A stretch of DNA of 64,000 bases from Penicillus capitatus (lineage: Eukaryota; Plantae; Chlorophyta). The position numbers and the translations under genes are program-made. Positions 11,108 to 24,573 of this stretch are shown piece after piece (the first letter of the stretch is position 1; each line of letters starts with the position of its first letter). The notes under the pieces are model-generated. The model saw only the letters and a list, made by a program, of their open reading frames with translations. It ran no database searches and was not told the origin of the DNA. The stretch covers positions 2,274,398 to 2,338,397 of the forward strand of contig OZ287695.1 of NCBI GenBank assembly GCA_965649825.1. The letters run 5' to 3'.

Positions 11108-13312
11108 CTATCTTCTTTGATGTCTCCAGTACTTCATCGCTAAGTAAGCCAGGATGCAGTAGAAAATGAAGAAGACATAGACAATAGAAGCATAGACCGA
11201 AGCATTGACATCATCAATAGAGTAATACTCCAACATCTTGACATCCTCAAAGCTGCCGTTGCCTCTCGGAACTCGGAGAGTCAGGTTGGCCGCTTTCTCG
11301 GTGTCATATTGATTCACTAGCAAAGCGCTGAAGCCATATTGAACAAAGTTCAGGTAAGTATACCAGTAGTAGTAGTTTGGTATGTCATCTAGTCGAATCA
11401 TAAATCCGGCAAAGAGAAGCAAAGTGGATGCGTATGCCGGAAGCATGGCATTGGCTGTATCCAGATCGCGCGCAACAGCAGCAATCACATAGGAAATACC
11501 CACCCCTGCTAACAGATTTCCGCAGTAGACAGCCCAGAACACACCGAAGCTTCCTTGAAGATCGACAGCCAGGTATGCGATCGGCCCAAAGATGGCACTA
11601 GAGATGACAGCAAGGACGATCTCATCAAACATTTTGGCTGTTATGTACGTAATCACGCGGTAAAGACCGTCGTTTCGTTCTCGATAGAAAACCGATCGCT
11701 CTGCAGCACAGAGCAGCCCTCAGCCCGGATCTATGCGCGCATGGATTGGGAGCTCACCAAGAACGAGATTGGGAAGGTATGCTGTGGCACTGAAAACTGG
11801 TAGAGCTGTCCATACGAACAGCATTCCGGCGATGTTGGTAAAATTGTCCGTGGCGTAATTGTCGCCCACTCCATGGAAAATAGTCGCCAAGAGAAACACA
11901 ATGACCACTTTCGTTGCAATACGTGGCAGCATAAAATCGGCCGAGCGAAAATTCTTCGAGGAGCGATACTACATCACACATCAAGTCGAAATAGAAGTTG
12001 CCTATGCGTTAGTCACACTTTTAGAAAGGTCTTGAATCCAAACCAGAAAGGTGTGACCGTCTCCCTTTTCACCGAGATTTCTCTGTACTCATCTTCGCTG
12101 ATGATGCCCTTCTCATCCAGTCTACCATCGATCTCACTCTCGATGCTCTTTTTCAGTGCAGATGTATTGTATGCATTCAACATGTCTTGATGATTTCTTT
12201 GTCTTCCGATACTCACAACGATATCGGTGATCCATTCGGCCTCGCTGTTTTCATTGACCTGTCGAGTGGTGTTTGTCAATGACTCAAAATAACCAATGGC
12301 ATGCTCTGCAAGAAAATGACGATGTATTCCTATATCATACGGCATCCGTTTCTCACCTCTGGATCCAAAGTACGCGGTCTGTCCGCGTACCAGGATCATC
12401 ATCGTATCGAAGAGGCCATAGACATATGGGGTCGGTGAATGAATCGTTGTGCAGATGGTCGTGCCATCGTCTGTTAAGTTCTTGACCACCGTCATCACTT
12501 CGTTGGCTGTGAAGGAATCCAAACCAGAGGTCGGCTCATCCAGAAACAGGACACGAGGAGTTGACACCAGAGCAATGCCGATGTTTACGCGTTTGGCCTG
12601 AAACAGATTGGATCTGTCAGAGAACGCAAATAGGATCGTCGACGATTTCACCTGTCCTCCAGAGATGCCTCTATTCAGTGGATTGCCAATTCCCACGTGC
12701 TGGCATTCTTCCAATCCCAATTTCTGTAGAATGACATCGACTGCCGCTTTTTTGCTGGCGAGGGGTTCAGAAACTGGCCTCTGAAGAGAACGGTTAGTCG
12801 ATCCGCAAAACGTGAGAACAGAGATGCTGCACCTTTAACTCGGCCGTGTACATCAGCATCTCACGAACCGTAAACATGGATAACAGTGTATCAAACTGCT
12901 CCACGTATCCCGCATAGCGTCGGAGAAAACTGCTCGTCGGTGGATAGCCAGCAAAACGAATAACGCCACTCGTCGTCCCTGTTGTTTTTCTCCCAGCGAG
13001 CACGTCCAAAAGAGTGGTCTTGCCACTCCCACTGGGGCCCATCTATGACATACCGACATAGAAACAGATGTGTGTGTATTAGCTGACGCACCAAGACGGA
13101 GAGTTGTCCCGGATTGAAGTATCCGGTGACATCCCGCAGGAGCGTCGCCGTAGTTCCTTTCTCCGTGTGCGACTTGACTTCGTACGTGACATTCTGCGAA
13201 ACGGTTCATTTGGCATGGACCAAAAGAGAGGATGCCCAAGGGGAGGCACGCACACCTTGAAAGTGAGTTTAAAGCCAACATGAGAATCGGCTCGATCTTC
13301 GTTCTCCGTCAT
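11108..13312 (-). CDS. ABCG (White-type) half-size ABC transporter, multi-exon
   Basis: Walker A MGPSGSGKTT, YVEQFDTL, signature RGISGGQ, LFLDEPTSGLDS and TIHSP in an NBD-then-TMD order. The TMD carries FAGFMIRLDDIPNYYYWY. Confidence 0.92.
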
Positions 13313-13485
13313 GGTATTTGTCCAAAGAAACCCGTGAGTTCTCCATACTATGTGTCTTTTTTGTAGTCCAGGTTACGTAATACTTGATGACGTATTCGTA
13401 AGCTTATGCTGGATTATGTAATAGGGCATAAGTGATTGTCTTGCGTTTGCATCGAAAACGCAATGACTTGATGATGACCGAAGAA

Positions 13486-14693
13486 TCAACTTGTCTTGTT
13501 GTCAACATTCTGGTATGCCGGATTCTTGGCGAAAAAGAAGGGAAAGAACCACATGCATGGATTCCTTCCTCCAAGCACGCGGACTAACGATGCATAAGTG
13601 CTTTCATAACGGGGAGGCGATTTGCCATTCTTGATGGACTCAATGTAACTCTGCCCCCTTTGAAGCTGCCGCAATTGTGATCCCAGAAGAAGGAATACGC
13701 CGATCGATCCCGTAAAGCACACGACGAACATGTAACACGCTGCAAGCGTGAACCTAGAACAGTAAGATTTATCGATTTCACCTGAGGTGTCCCGAACGCA
13801 CCATGGCAACGAGGCGGTGAAAGAGAGTGTGAAATCTACGATGGAGCCCCTGTATTTGTGACCTCTTCTGTGGACGAGTGCCTGCCATGAACTGCCGATG
13901 ATAAGAAGGCACGTCAGCATTGCATACATGGCACCGATTCCTGTCCAGAATAGGAACAGCAGAAAATTGTGTAGATTTCTCCTGCCCACGCAGTTGGCGA
14001 TGAAAGGACAGTGATGGTCCATGTCATCGATACAGGCATTGCAGGTACGACAGTGATGTGCCCAAGGCGCTTTCACACTTTGACATGGTAGGCAATACCT
14101 GATCAGAAAAACACGTGTTCACTCAAGCCACTCTATCAAAGGCATACCGATAGTTATCGTAGAGTCCCTTGGGCACAGAGTTGTCACTCGTACGCGGCAG
14201 TGTCGTGTCTTTTGATTTCGATCCCTTCAATGCAGCCATGGCATAGTTGACGCTGATGTTGATCGAGAGAAAGATGGTGATCAGTTGATGCCAGAAGAGA
14301 GTCCCTGGGTCATGATACAGATTTGGCAACAGACCAAAAAACCCAACGGTCATGATAGTCAACAGAAGCGTCACGACAAATCCAGCAGTGAAGAATTGAG
14401 CGGCGGAGATGAGACATCCAGTACATCGATGAGCTTTTCTTGCGGAGGTTGGCGACAGCAGTAGTCCATATCGGGCCTTGGAGGAGATAGGCTTCATGTC
14501 TGTTACGGCCCCACACCAACCACACTGTGCCCACAAAGATATGACCTTCTGAAATGGACACTGCTCTTGCACCCACTTTAAACTGCGCGACCCATTCGTT
14601 TCCGGTCTTGGGCACTTCGACGGTGAGATGACACGCCCAGCAGGTGGTATATCTCGGCGGTGTCCCCTCAGCGACTGTCGGATGCGGTTGCAT
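13486..14693 (-). CDS. DHHC-type protein S-acyltransferase with N-terminal zinc ribbon (plant PAT11-like), multi-exon
   Basis: HHCRTCNACIDDMDHHCPFIANCVG, N-terminal TCWAC...FKCGWCGA, and four TM segments. Confidence 0.9.
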
Positions 14694-14915
14694 GTCAACG
14701 GAGTTCAAAGCACGTGTTGAGATGCGACGTCTGCATGAACCGCGTTTGAGTTCTCATTGATCAAGATGGACAGCAGCGCCTCGACAGAGGTCTCCCACGG
14801 TTGGTTCGCCTTGAGGTCGTCAATGTGTGAGATTCTCTCTTTAGTGTTAGATGCATTTTCATCAAATTTGACACTGTCGTCGTCTGTGTCGAATTTCTTT
14901 TCTCGACACAGCGGC

Positions 14916-16712
14916 ATGACCTTCAACTCGACTGACAGAGCTGCTCTCTCAGAGGTCATGCAGCAGCACTTACTGTTAACTCTTCTACTTTCTGTCACAT
15001 ATGGCAGAAGGGCAAATTACTGCTGGGGGCGCTGTACACCTATGCGGTTAACAGCGATCGAGATGAGATTCTGAAAGTGGAAGGTCAGACGCCGTGTCTG
15101 AAGAATCTGTTTGTGGAGGGATTTGACGTCGAGCAGATCTGGAGTCAATTCGAGAGGTTCGATCGGGCGGCATCTCTCGGTTACAAGAGGATGTCCAAAC
15201 GACTCAACACCAACCTTCGGTTAATCTCGGACGAGACAGACGCAGAGGTCGATGCCCTACTCCAGATGGACGAGAACACTGAGAGTGAACAAGTGATGCT
15301 ACACTCCTATGCGCTTAGAGATCATTGCATCAAACGAAATTGCACGACAGGAAATGCAAGAGCGAGATGATGATGATGGGACAACTGCAGATGTCATCCA
15401 CCCAGTCGATGCATCTGGATGTGGGGACAAGCTCGAGGACGGATTTCTTACACTCGCTGGAATGCGAGATTTTCTCGATGAGGCTGAAGAAGAAGAGTAC
15501 CAGAAAAGAGAAGAAGCCGATGATGATATTCTCGGCATTCAAGCATCGTCATCTGATTCTGAGGCGAACGATTTATTTGCGAATCACTCCACAACGACAT
15601 CTGGAGAGGAGAGAGATGATGACGATATGGAACACGAAGATGGAAACCGTCAGATCATGTATGAAGATTTCTTCGGTCCACGACAACAAAAAACAAACAC
15701 TGTATCACACTCGGCAGCTGAATCTGAAATCTCCCCGAATCCCTCCGCCGAGATGACAGTAAAGAAGATGCACAAAGGCCATGCAGTGAAGAAGACGAAG
15801 CTTGCAGAAGAGAGAGCCATGATTCAGAAGTCCATTCAGGTGCTGGAGGACGAAGCCATGGCCGAGAAGGAGTGGCCCTTCCGAGGAGAGATAGCCGCAT
15901 CGGAACGTCCATTAAACAGTGCTTTGGAGGTGGATCTAGACTATGATACCACGTTGAAGCCTCCACCCAAACCGACCCAGGCTGACATGGATGCCATCGA
16001 AGAGATGATCAGGCGTCGCATCGGCGATCGGAACTTTGACGATGTTAAACGCATTGTCCCTCCGCCCATCGAAGAGACAAAGCGTGTGATCGAACTGGAC
16101 GACACAAAAGCGAAGAAAGGACTGGGAGAGCTCTATGAAGATGCCTACATGAAAAACTCTCTCGGTTCCGGGACGCTCGAAGAGAAAGAAGAGAAATTGA
16201 GAACAGAGGCTCGTCGACTGTTCAAAGAAGCGTGTGCCTCATTGGATGCACTAACGCATTTTCATTTTGCTCCGCGTCCTGTCGTGGAAGACATGAGTGT
16301 GAGCAGAGTGCATCAGGCAACAGTTCAGATGGAAACGACATCGACAGCTGTCACTTCAACCAAGGCTCCACAAGAGATCTATCATCCGGTATCCAAGACA
16401 GGGGAAGTCGTGCATGCAAAGGAATTGACAAAGGACGATAAAAAACAGATGAGGGCCAAACGGAAACGCGCACAGAAGGCTTCCAAAAGAGCAGAGACGA
16501 TGACAGAGGACACTAAGATCCTGGGACGCAAGTCACTGACCCTGCATGCCCGCGAAACGACAAAAAAGAAAAGAAAACCATCAGCTCCATCTGAAAAATC
16601 GAAACCCGGCACAGCTGTGTTTCAGAAGATACAGATGCATCAAGAGAACCTGAAGAAGGTTGATGGAGGACGAAAGGGATACGTTTATGATTCGGCTCAA
16701 ATGAAGCTCTAA
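14916..16712 (+). CDS. MPP10: U3 snoRNP protein MPP10, multi-exon
   Basis: FDVEQIW, an acidic central region, IMYEDFF, KEWPFRGEIAASERPLNSALEVDLDYD, KKGLGELYED and a basic C-terminus. Confidence 0.87.
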
Positions 16713-16916
16713 TGTGGTCGGTGCTCATCTGTAGCCGATATCCTTATATCTGATGTGACGTGCGTCGGACGGAGAGACGACCGCCACTGCAGAGACGCAA
16801 TCGCCTGTTGCATGACACCTATTACATCACTGCGGGTCATCCACTTCGAACATTCGCCGTGAACGTCGTGTGCGAAATTCGACTTCGTCATCGGCCTAGC
16901 GAAGCGGAGGACAGAC

Positions 16917-17533
16917 ATGGGACGTCTCTTCGTTCATTGCTTAGAGTGCCCGCGTGTCTATTGTTGCTCACAATGCCGAGCACACGTAGCGGATCATGAC
17001 GAAATCGTCTCGAAGGTGAGACAGACATCGGACCCCTTGTCATCTCCGCCGTTCCGATTTCCATCCCATTCTCGTTGACATCATCTGCTATCTGATTGAC
17101 GTCGAAATGACTGCCAATAGTGTTTTCAAGGACGACATGGACGCGCCTATCTCTTCAATAACGTGTAAGATGGATGAAAGGGTCGTGCAGTTGGCAATGG
17201 TGTGGATGATGGTCACTAGGGTCAACGTCAAGACGGGTACAAAAGAAGAGAGGCTTTTGATCACGGGTCTACACACCGTTGCTGACATCTCATGCATTTC
17301 GTGCCATACCGTACTCGGCTGGAAATATGTTCGATGCTCTGACTCTCTGCCCATTGGCCTTTCCGATGGGTGTGTGCGTTCTAAGGAACAAGCTTTTGAA
17401 GAGAGTCAGAAATACAAGGAAGGCAAATTTATTATAGAAAAGGCTCGTGTCATGAAGGTCGTGTCATCCCCTTCCAACCATCCCCTACCTGTGATGTGAC
17501 AGCTCATGGTGTGTGCAGGAAGGAAGTTGGTGA
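16917..17533 (+). CDS. YPEL: Yippee-like (YPEL) protein, 4 exons
   Basis: Spliced by eye: [27 protein letters not shown]|[41 protein letters not shown]|[19 protein letters not shown]. Confidence 0.92.
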
Positions 17534-18312
17534 CATCTGGTGTTCCCAATAAAGGTCCGATGTGACTGATCTGTCGACCTGTTTGGCTGTCTGTCTGTAC
17601 GATTTTCATTCCAAGATCTCTGTGGACAGGATAGACAATCTGTACCATACATACAAGACTCGTACGGTTCCCTGCCGAAGCTAGTACTCACGGCTGTAAT
17701 CAGGATATGTTTCTGCCATATGTTGTTTGCTGGACGTCCCATCGGCATCCTTCTTCGCCTAAACACCTTTGATAGCATCCATAGCCATCTTGTGTGGTTG
17801 ATTTTTCTGGAGCGGTGAAAGATACACAAAGAGATGCATGTCTCTTATGCTTCGTTAGCTGGGGATGCACCAGATGTCTAATGGCGAGACTCTGTACGCT
17901 GCGTGTTGCCATAGATGACACACACATCTGCAACGGGGCACCCTCTCTTCTTTGTTTTTTGTACTTCATCAGAATCGAACTGTCATCGCTCGGGGACTAT
18001 CTGACTTTTGCATGTACAAGTGCGTGGCTCTGTCATTGCCACAGACATCGTTCATTTAAGTCTCAATACAGTTATCTGTTGCTGGACAGAGATTGCGTTA
18101 CATCACTTCGTCCTCCACCAGATGGAAGATGCCTGAAAAGGCAGCCTGTGACCCATGAGGCTGTGACGTGGATAGATACAATGAGACAAATGTTGGGCGG
18201 GATATGGATCTCTGGACAGCACCTGTCACATCACGTTTGTCTGTTTGAGTAACGCGCCTCAATTGCCGTGGTCAGTCACGAGAGAATCGTTAGTCGGGAT
18301 TCATTGTCCTCG

Positions 18313-19999
18313 ATGTCGGACAAAGAAGCAAAGGATTCAGGAGCATCCAAAGATGAAGAGCACGACAAAGACGCCTCAGAGGCGACGAGCATGAAAGATG
18401 ACTCACCGGAGGAAGCGGCCACACAACCGCAGAACACCTTTCTTCAAAACTTTGCTCTAGCTCCAGCTCAGCAGCGATCCAATTTCCCAAACAGAAAAGG
18501 CCGCAAGGATACCTATGCGTTCTGGAGTTCGCAGCCTGTTACTCAATTTGAAGAAGTTGCCAAAGTGTCGACGGTAAGGTCTTCGAGTTGATAGGTCCTC
18601 TGGCCCTTTCCGAATACCAGATGACGGAAGGACCCATTGACGATCCCAAAACGGTGGACGATGTGCGCAAAGACCCAATCCGTTTAGCCGCCGGGCAAGA
18701 AAAGAAACTCCTTTATTGACCACTAAATGAAGAATCTGTCTGTATGTGGCATACAGATTTGAATGGTGCACATGTGATGTCGGCGAAGAGCAAGTGGCCG
18801 ATGAGGTAAGTCCAATCAATGCACACGCACACACCCTCTCAGAGACATCCATGCTGAACATGGCTGTGCCCAGGTCTACAGACTACTCACCTTCAACTAT
18901 GTCGAAGATGATGATATGATGTTCAGGTTTGGTCTTTATCGTACAGGACCTGTCTTGTCACTGTCTCGTAGGTTCGATTACTCTCCCGCTTTTCTGAAGT
19001 GGGCACTGATGCCGCCTGGTTATCGTATTGACTGGCTTGTGGGTGTGCGTGTTTCTGCGAGTCAGAGATTGGTTGGCTTCATTTCAGCGATTCCGGCAGA
19101 AATCCGAATCAATGCCACGGGTATCAAGATGGTCGAGATCAACTTCCTCTGTGTTCACAAGAAACTGAGATCGAAGAGATTGGCGCCGGTTCTCATCAAG
19201 GAGATCACCAGAAGAGTCAATCTGCAAAATATCTGGCAGGCCACTTACACAGCTGGTGCCGTACTGCCTACACCCATCGCACGCTGTCGGTACTGGCATC
19301 GATCACTCAACCCGAAGAAGCTGATCGAGGTCGGATTCTCGAAGCTCTCGGTACATCCATAGAATCATCGCATCGTTTATTGCCCATCTCGTGTCGATGC
19401 AGAATCTGATGACAATGAGTCGTACGATTAAACTGTTTCGACTGGCCGATGAGACAAAGACACCAGGATTTCGTCGTCTGAAAGAAACAGACGGCCCTGC
19501 GGTGAAGCGACTCCTGGACGAGTATCTGCAGAAGTTCAAGGTTGCCAACCAGTTTTCATTGGAGGAGATCCAACATTGGTTCACCACTCTTTCACTCTTG
19601 CATCGTGTTCAGCCACGTATGTGTAGGTTGGTACCGCGAGAGGGAGTCGTGGATGCTTATGTCGTCGAAAATGCTTCAGGAGAGATCACCGATTTCACCT
19701 CTTTCTATTCTCTCCCATCTTCTGTTTTGGGGCATCCAGAACATAAGACGCTCCATGCAGCGTACATGTACTACACAGTACCCGGCGCCACACCGCTTTC
19801 GGACCTTATGCAAGATGCCCTCATTGTTGCTAAGAAAACGGGTTTTGATGTCTTTAATGCTTTGGATATCTTGGAGAATCAAACGATTCTGAAAGAGCTG
19901 AAATTTGGCGAAGGGGATGGATACTTGCAGTATTACCTGTATAACTGGAGAGTGGCTCAGTACATGCAGCCAAATGATATTGGTCTTATCCTGCTTTAA
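18313..19999 (+). CDS. NMT1: Glycylpeptide N-myristoyltransferase, multi-exon
   Basis: [60 protein letters not shown] and [12 protein letters not shown]. Confidence 0.96.
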
Positions 20000-20237
20000 G
20001 AGAAGGTGCCTTATTGCGGTATGCAGATTGCGTGATTAGATGATGAAGATCTCCTGCGTACGTGGATGAACATTAGAAGGATCGTGCACGCTTTGCTGCG
20101 CCACGCCGCCATGAGGAATTCAGGAGGGGGGGACACGGAAGGACAGCTCTTACAGCATTTGCATTGTGAGAAACACACACGTCAGAGACGAAAAGCAGCA
20201 CAGCTCCATTATCTGTCATCAACCTTTTTGCAGCGGA

Positions 20238-22532
20238 TCATTCTCCTGCCACCCATCCCCAGATTCCTCCTGTCTTTCCACCCGGCATTTTACGCCGATA
20301 GACTTCAAGCTCCTTCTCCAGCTCTTGGACTTTTTCAAATTTGTTCTTCATTTCTGCCAGCTCTGCTTCGAGCTTGAGCGTTTTGGTCTGCAGAGAAAGG
20401 ACAGATCAGACAGCACTGTTATATAAAGACCTCGTTGCACCTGCTGTTCTGTCAGCTGTTCTCTTGTCTGCAACAAGGCAGCATCTTTCTCCTGCAGCAT
20501 TGCATGTGTAGAAACGAGCTGGCGGCGCATAATGGCTAGCTCGTGAGATGAAGCTTCCTTTGCGGCAGCTGCATTTCGAGTGACCGTATCGAGCTTGGCC
20601 TTGAAATGCAAACGCATACAACACACATTCTCTGTTGCACCGGCATTTCACCTTCAGTGCCTGGATGTTCAGTTCGGTCGCAGGATCGGCAGCGTTTGGA
20701 GGAGATGTGTCGTTCTGTTCTGAATGGACACGGCCGGAAAGAGTGGAGCCAACGGAGAACTGGGGTTCCAGCTCAGCTTCTTCCGTTTTTGGTCGGAAAA
20801 GACTCACCTATAGTGGAATCCAACCATCACAACAGCTGCCGCCGACAGACATCGAAGTCTTCACTTACAGAATGGCTATACCGTCCATTGTAGCCACCAA
20901 AAGCGACGAGGACGTTTGCCTCAGGGATGGACACCAGACTCATGCCCTCGCTCGCAAGGTAAGATCGTTCTGGGATCGTCCCAACGATCGTCCATTTGAT
21001 CTCGTACTCAATATCATCCAGATCTGGTCCTTCTGGATAGATATCTTCCTCTGACTCGCCATCCGTGAGGGTCGATGTCGGCCAGGCTGTCAGTTGTGAA
21101 AGATCCAAGTACGCCATATCGGTGCAGCCAGATGCGTTATTACCGCCGCCAACGATGTACCAATAGTTTCCTAGCAACGAGGCGGCGTGTCCGGCTCTGG
21201 GTGATGGTCTGCGTCCTCGGACGGTGGGCGAATGCCATCGAAGACGTTCCGTATCGAACACCACCAAATCGTCAAAGCATGTCGCCATCGAACCGCCGCC
21301 AAAAAAGAGAAGATACCGATCGGCGTAGGATGTAGATACATGGGCCGATCTGGCCGTGGGAGGCACATTCTGCACGGTGCTGAGATTCTTCCATGTCAGC
21401 GACTCCAAGTTGAGCACATGGAGATCGTTCAACGGACGTCGTGCCCCATCCTCTCCTCCAAAAATGTATATCCTGTTGCCAATCGTCGTCGTCGAGTGAC
21501 CGCCACGAGACACCGGCGCCTCTCCTGTCGTCTCGAGCACCGACCATCGCATAGAATCCAAATCCAATTGACGGATGGCCATTCTCTCTGTCGCATCCTT
21601 GGACTACAGAAACGTCACATCCTGTTGTTATCATCGACCTCTCTACCTTGACATGTCCACCAACGACCAGCAGCGAATTTTGCCACGGGATCAAGGAATG
21701 ACCAGCAATGGGCGGTAGAGGAGAATCGGCCGCCTCTGCGGACGCCTGACTGGCGATGGGTGTCCAAGACAATGTTGAAAAATCAAAGGCCCAGACATCG
21801 TTCATGTACCTCCCACCTGCTGCAGACAAGCCTTTCCATCAGACCATTGCCTTGCAGACAGGGCTTTACCGCAATTCCCGCCGATGACGAACATCTCATC
21901 GCGTGCCATCACCACTCCGTGTTCGTATCTTGGCAGAGGCTTTGATGCATTTGATAGATAAGGCGTTGACCATGATCCCTCGGCTGTGGCATCTTGAATC
22001 TTCTGCAATCGTGATTTGCGTTGCTCTTCTACAGCGTTCTCCTGTGTCGGTGCCGTCGTATCTTCTGCTCCATTCGCCACAGGCGTCGCCGCATGGGTGG
22101 CAGATTTCTCTCGGTCGATGATATGCCACCAATCCGGCTGATTCTGTTCGACCTGATGCACATAGTGCCGCATGGCGTCTGCTTTAGACATGTCTCCCAA
22201 TTGATTCCATCCCTGCCACTTGGCAGTCTCCACCACATTCCAGGACCATGGCTTCGGTTCATTGCATGGTCCCTGAGTGGCCTGCTTGTGAAGAGCAAAG
22301 AGAAGTAGACGCAAGTCGTCAGACATAGCTTTGGCCGCTGGTGTCAGTACATAAGCCAAACGTCATGACGAGATGGCAGACGTGGCTACACGTTTCTACC
22401 TGGGTGGCGATTGGTCACGAAATCCACGGCTGCGTGAAAACGGTCTGGATAGGGAATGGGACACACATCCTGCACACACACCGACAATCTCTTCATACGT
22501 ACGCCGTCAAAACCGTCTACCTTCGTTGCCAT
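20238..22532 (-). CDS. ACBP4: Acyl-CoA-binding protein with Kelch repeats and C-terminal coiled coil (class IV ACBP4/5-like), multi-exon
   Basis: YPDRFHAA, LLLFALHKQATQGPC and KWQGWNQLGDMSKADAMRHYV (ACB domain), Kelch repeats (PRYEHG, PPIAGHSL, FGGEDG, PRAGHAA), and a GGIWGWVAGE* terminus. Confidence 0.87.
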
Positions 22533-22806
22533 GAAGACGAGCGCGCGCGTAACGTCGTGTCTCTCTGCCAACGGCGGAGATGGCCAAATCTAGACAATGT
22601 ACTTCATCCATGTCCGCGTGACTGGGATCGTGACATGGCTACACGCCAGATCGTTGAGTGTACGTGCACGCAAGCTACGACTATTCATTCGTTGTTGCTG
22701 AGTCGTTGTCGCTTTGAGTATCCGAGTGCCACAGCCGACACGGGTCGCAGAATCGTTACAAAAGCAAACTTCAATTGATAAGCATTGCACAACGAAACCG
22801 GGTGCC

Positions 22807-24573
22807 ATGGCGACAACAACACTCTCAAAATCTATGAGTGCCAGCGAGGCGCGCTACGAGCAGGAAAGGAACTTTGACCCCGTGGTAAGAAGACAGCATG
22901 ACTCCCTCTGTCCTTTACGAGAGTTTGCCTCGAATCCTGTGCTGTAGGCGTATGCCGAGGAGGTGATGAAAACTGTCGGAGCGGATTTTCACGAAGATGA
23001 TCCTTTGTTCCAGACGAACGAATTTCGAATGCACTGCTACAAGGTAAGGCCTCACTCGTTGCCATGCGAGATGCCGTGTACATCGGCGCCATACCCTGAC
23101 GTGCCGCGTGCTGCATAGATTCTCCCTTGCACGAAACACTTCTGTCATGATTGGTCGGTCTGCCCCTTTGCCCATTTTAGCGAACGCGCTAAACGTCGAG
23201 ACCCAAAAGAGGTGAAATACACAGCCATTGCCTGTCCAGACATGAAAAAGGTATGCCTCGTCAAGTGCTGTGTGCACCCCATCGACAAGGAAGATGTACG
23301 CACAGGGTGAAGACTGCCCTCGAGGAGACCGCTGTCCCTATTCTCACAACACCTTCGAATACTGGCTGCATCCCACAAGGTATGTCCCCTGTCCCACATG
23401 GTGATAGCTTTCTCTAATGGTATTGGATGAATGTTGTAGATATCGCACAAGGCTTTGTCGTGACAATGAATCGTGCAGTCGCAAGATATGTTTCTTTGCG
23501 CACAAACCGGAAGAAGTGCGCGTTCCAACATCGCGCCCTTCTTTGCCCGTTGCCGAAGAGTCATGGACAGCAGATGGGCTGACCGCCAAAGAAGAAAAGG
23601 ACAACGAATCCAGTCGAATGTCTGTCAAAGTTGCAGATGATGTGGTAAGAAAAACAGCACAACTGATACTCAGCCATGCACCGAATAGACATGATGATGA
23701 TGGATGTTCTCTGATCCCTGTGATGCTTTTCTTTTTTGGAGCTGTCTGATAATGCTGTGCTTGCTTTCTGTCTGTTCTTAATGCATACATACATACATAC
23801 ATGTTTCTGTGGAGTGATCCTTCTGTTCCTTGGTCTTGTAGAGTAAAGTGGATCAAACGAATCCGTTGCACAACTATCTCCGATCCAACAGTCTCGGCAT
23901 GAACCAGATACCAAAAAGCGAACCTACTTTTGTCGAACAAGTAAGGATTGTGTGCTGGATGTGCTGTTGTATGATGAGGAGTGTCTAGGTTCTCAGTGGT
24001 ATGTTACCATCATCAGGGGTACCACCTTCCATGTCTTTGGCAGAGGCTCAGACCCTCCAAATCGCACAGGCGGCGCAAAATTTATCATTTGATTCTTGCT
24101 TCCCATCTCCGGGGTTTTCGCAAGGGGCTATGAATCCCATGGTGGCAAACAATGGTTGCTTCGCGTCCTATGATGCATTCCAGGGCTGTGGACCGGCGGT
24201 CAATGGATTTCCAAATCCTGCCCCCCAGATGCCATTTGCCTCAGGATCTCAGGACTTGTCTGTACCCCAATTTTCCTACACGCCTATAGCTCCAGTCAAA
24301 GCACAGCCAGACCTGAACGATGTGATTCAGTTGTTGTCGAGTATGCAAATGGCAACAAGTCCAACAAGCGTCTTGGCCCAGCGCCATCTGAATCAAACGG
24401 GATTGGCAGCACAACACGCATTCAGTGCGGATTCAAGTACCACATCTGGAGTCGGAATGAGTGACTCGGAACTGGAGAGCACTCAAATCGCGAATGCACT
24501 TATGAGCTTGAACAACGCTGGTGTCCCGGCCACCGTCGGTCCAGCCAACACCCTTTTTGGGATGACTCTCTGA
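22807..24573 (+). CDS. Tandem CCCH zinc-finger protein (plant RR-TZF type), multi-exon
   Basis: Spliced: EFRMHCYK|[33 protein letters not shown]|[24 protein letters not shown]|[17 protein letters not shown], followed by a low-complexity C-terminal exon at 24001-24573. Confidence 0.87.

Noticed and set aside
17534-18312. ORF 17794-18252 as a gene between YPEL and NMT
   Set aside because: It starts at GTG, is Cys/Leu-rich with a non-coding-like composition, and has no motif; it is more likely UTR or intergenic.
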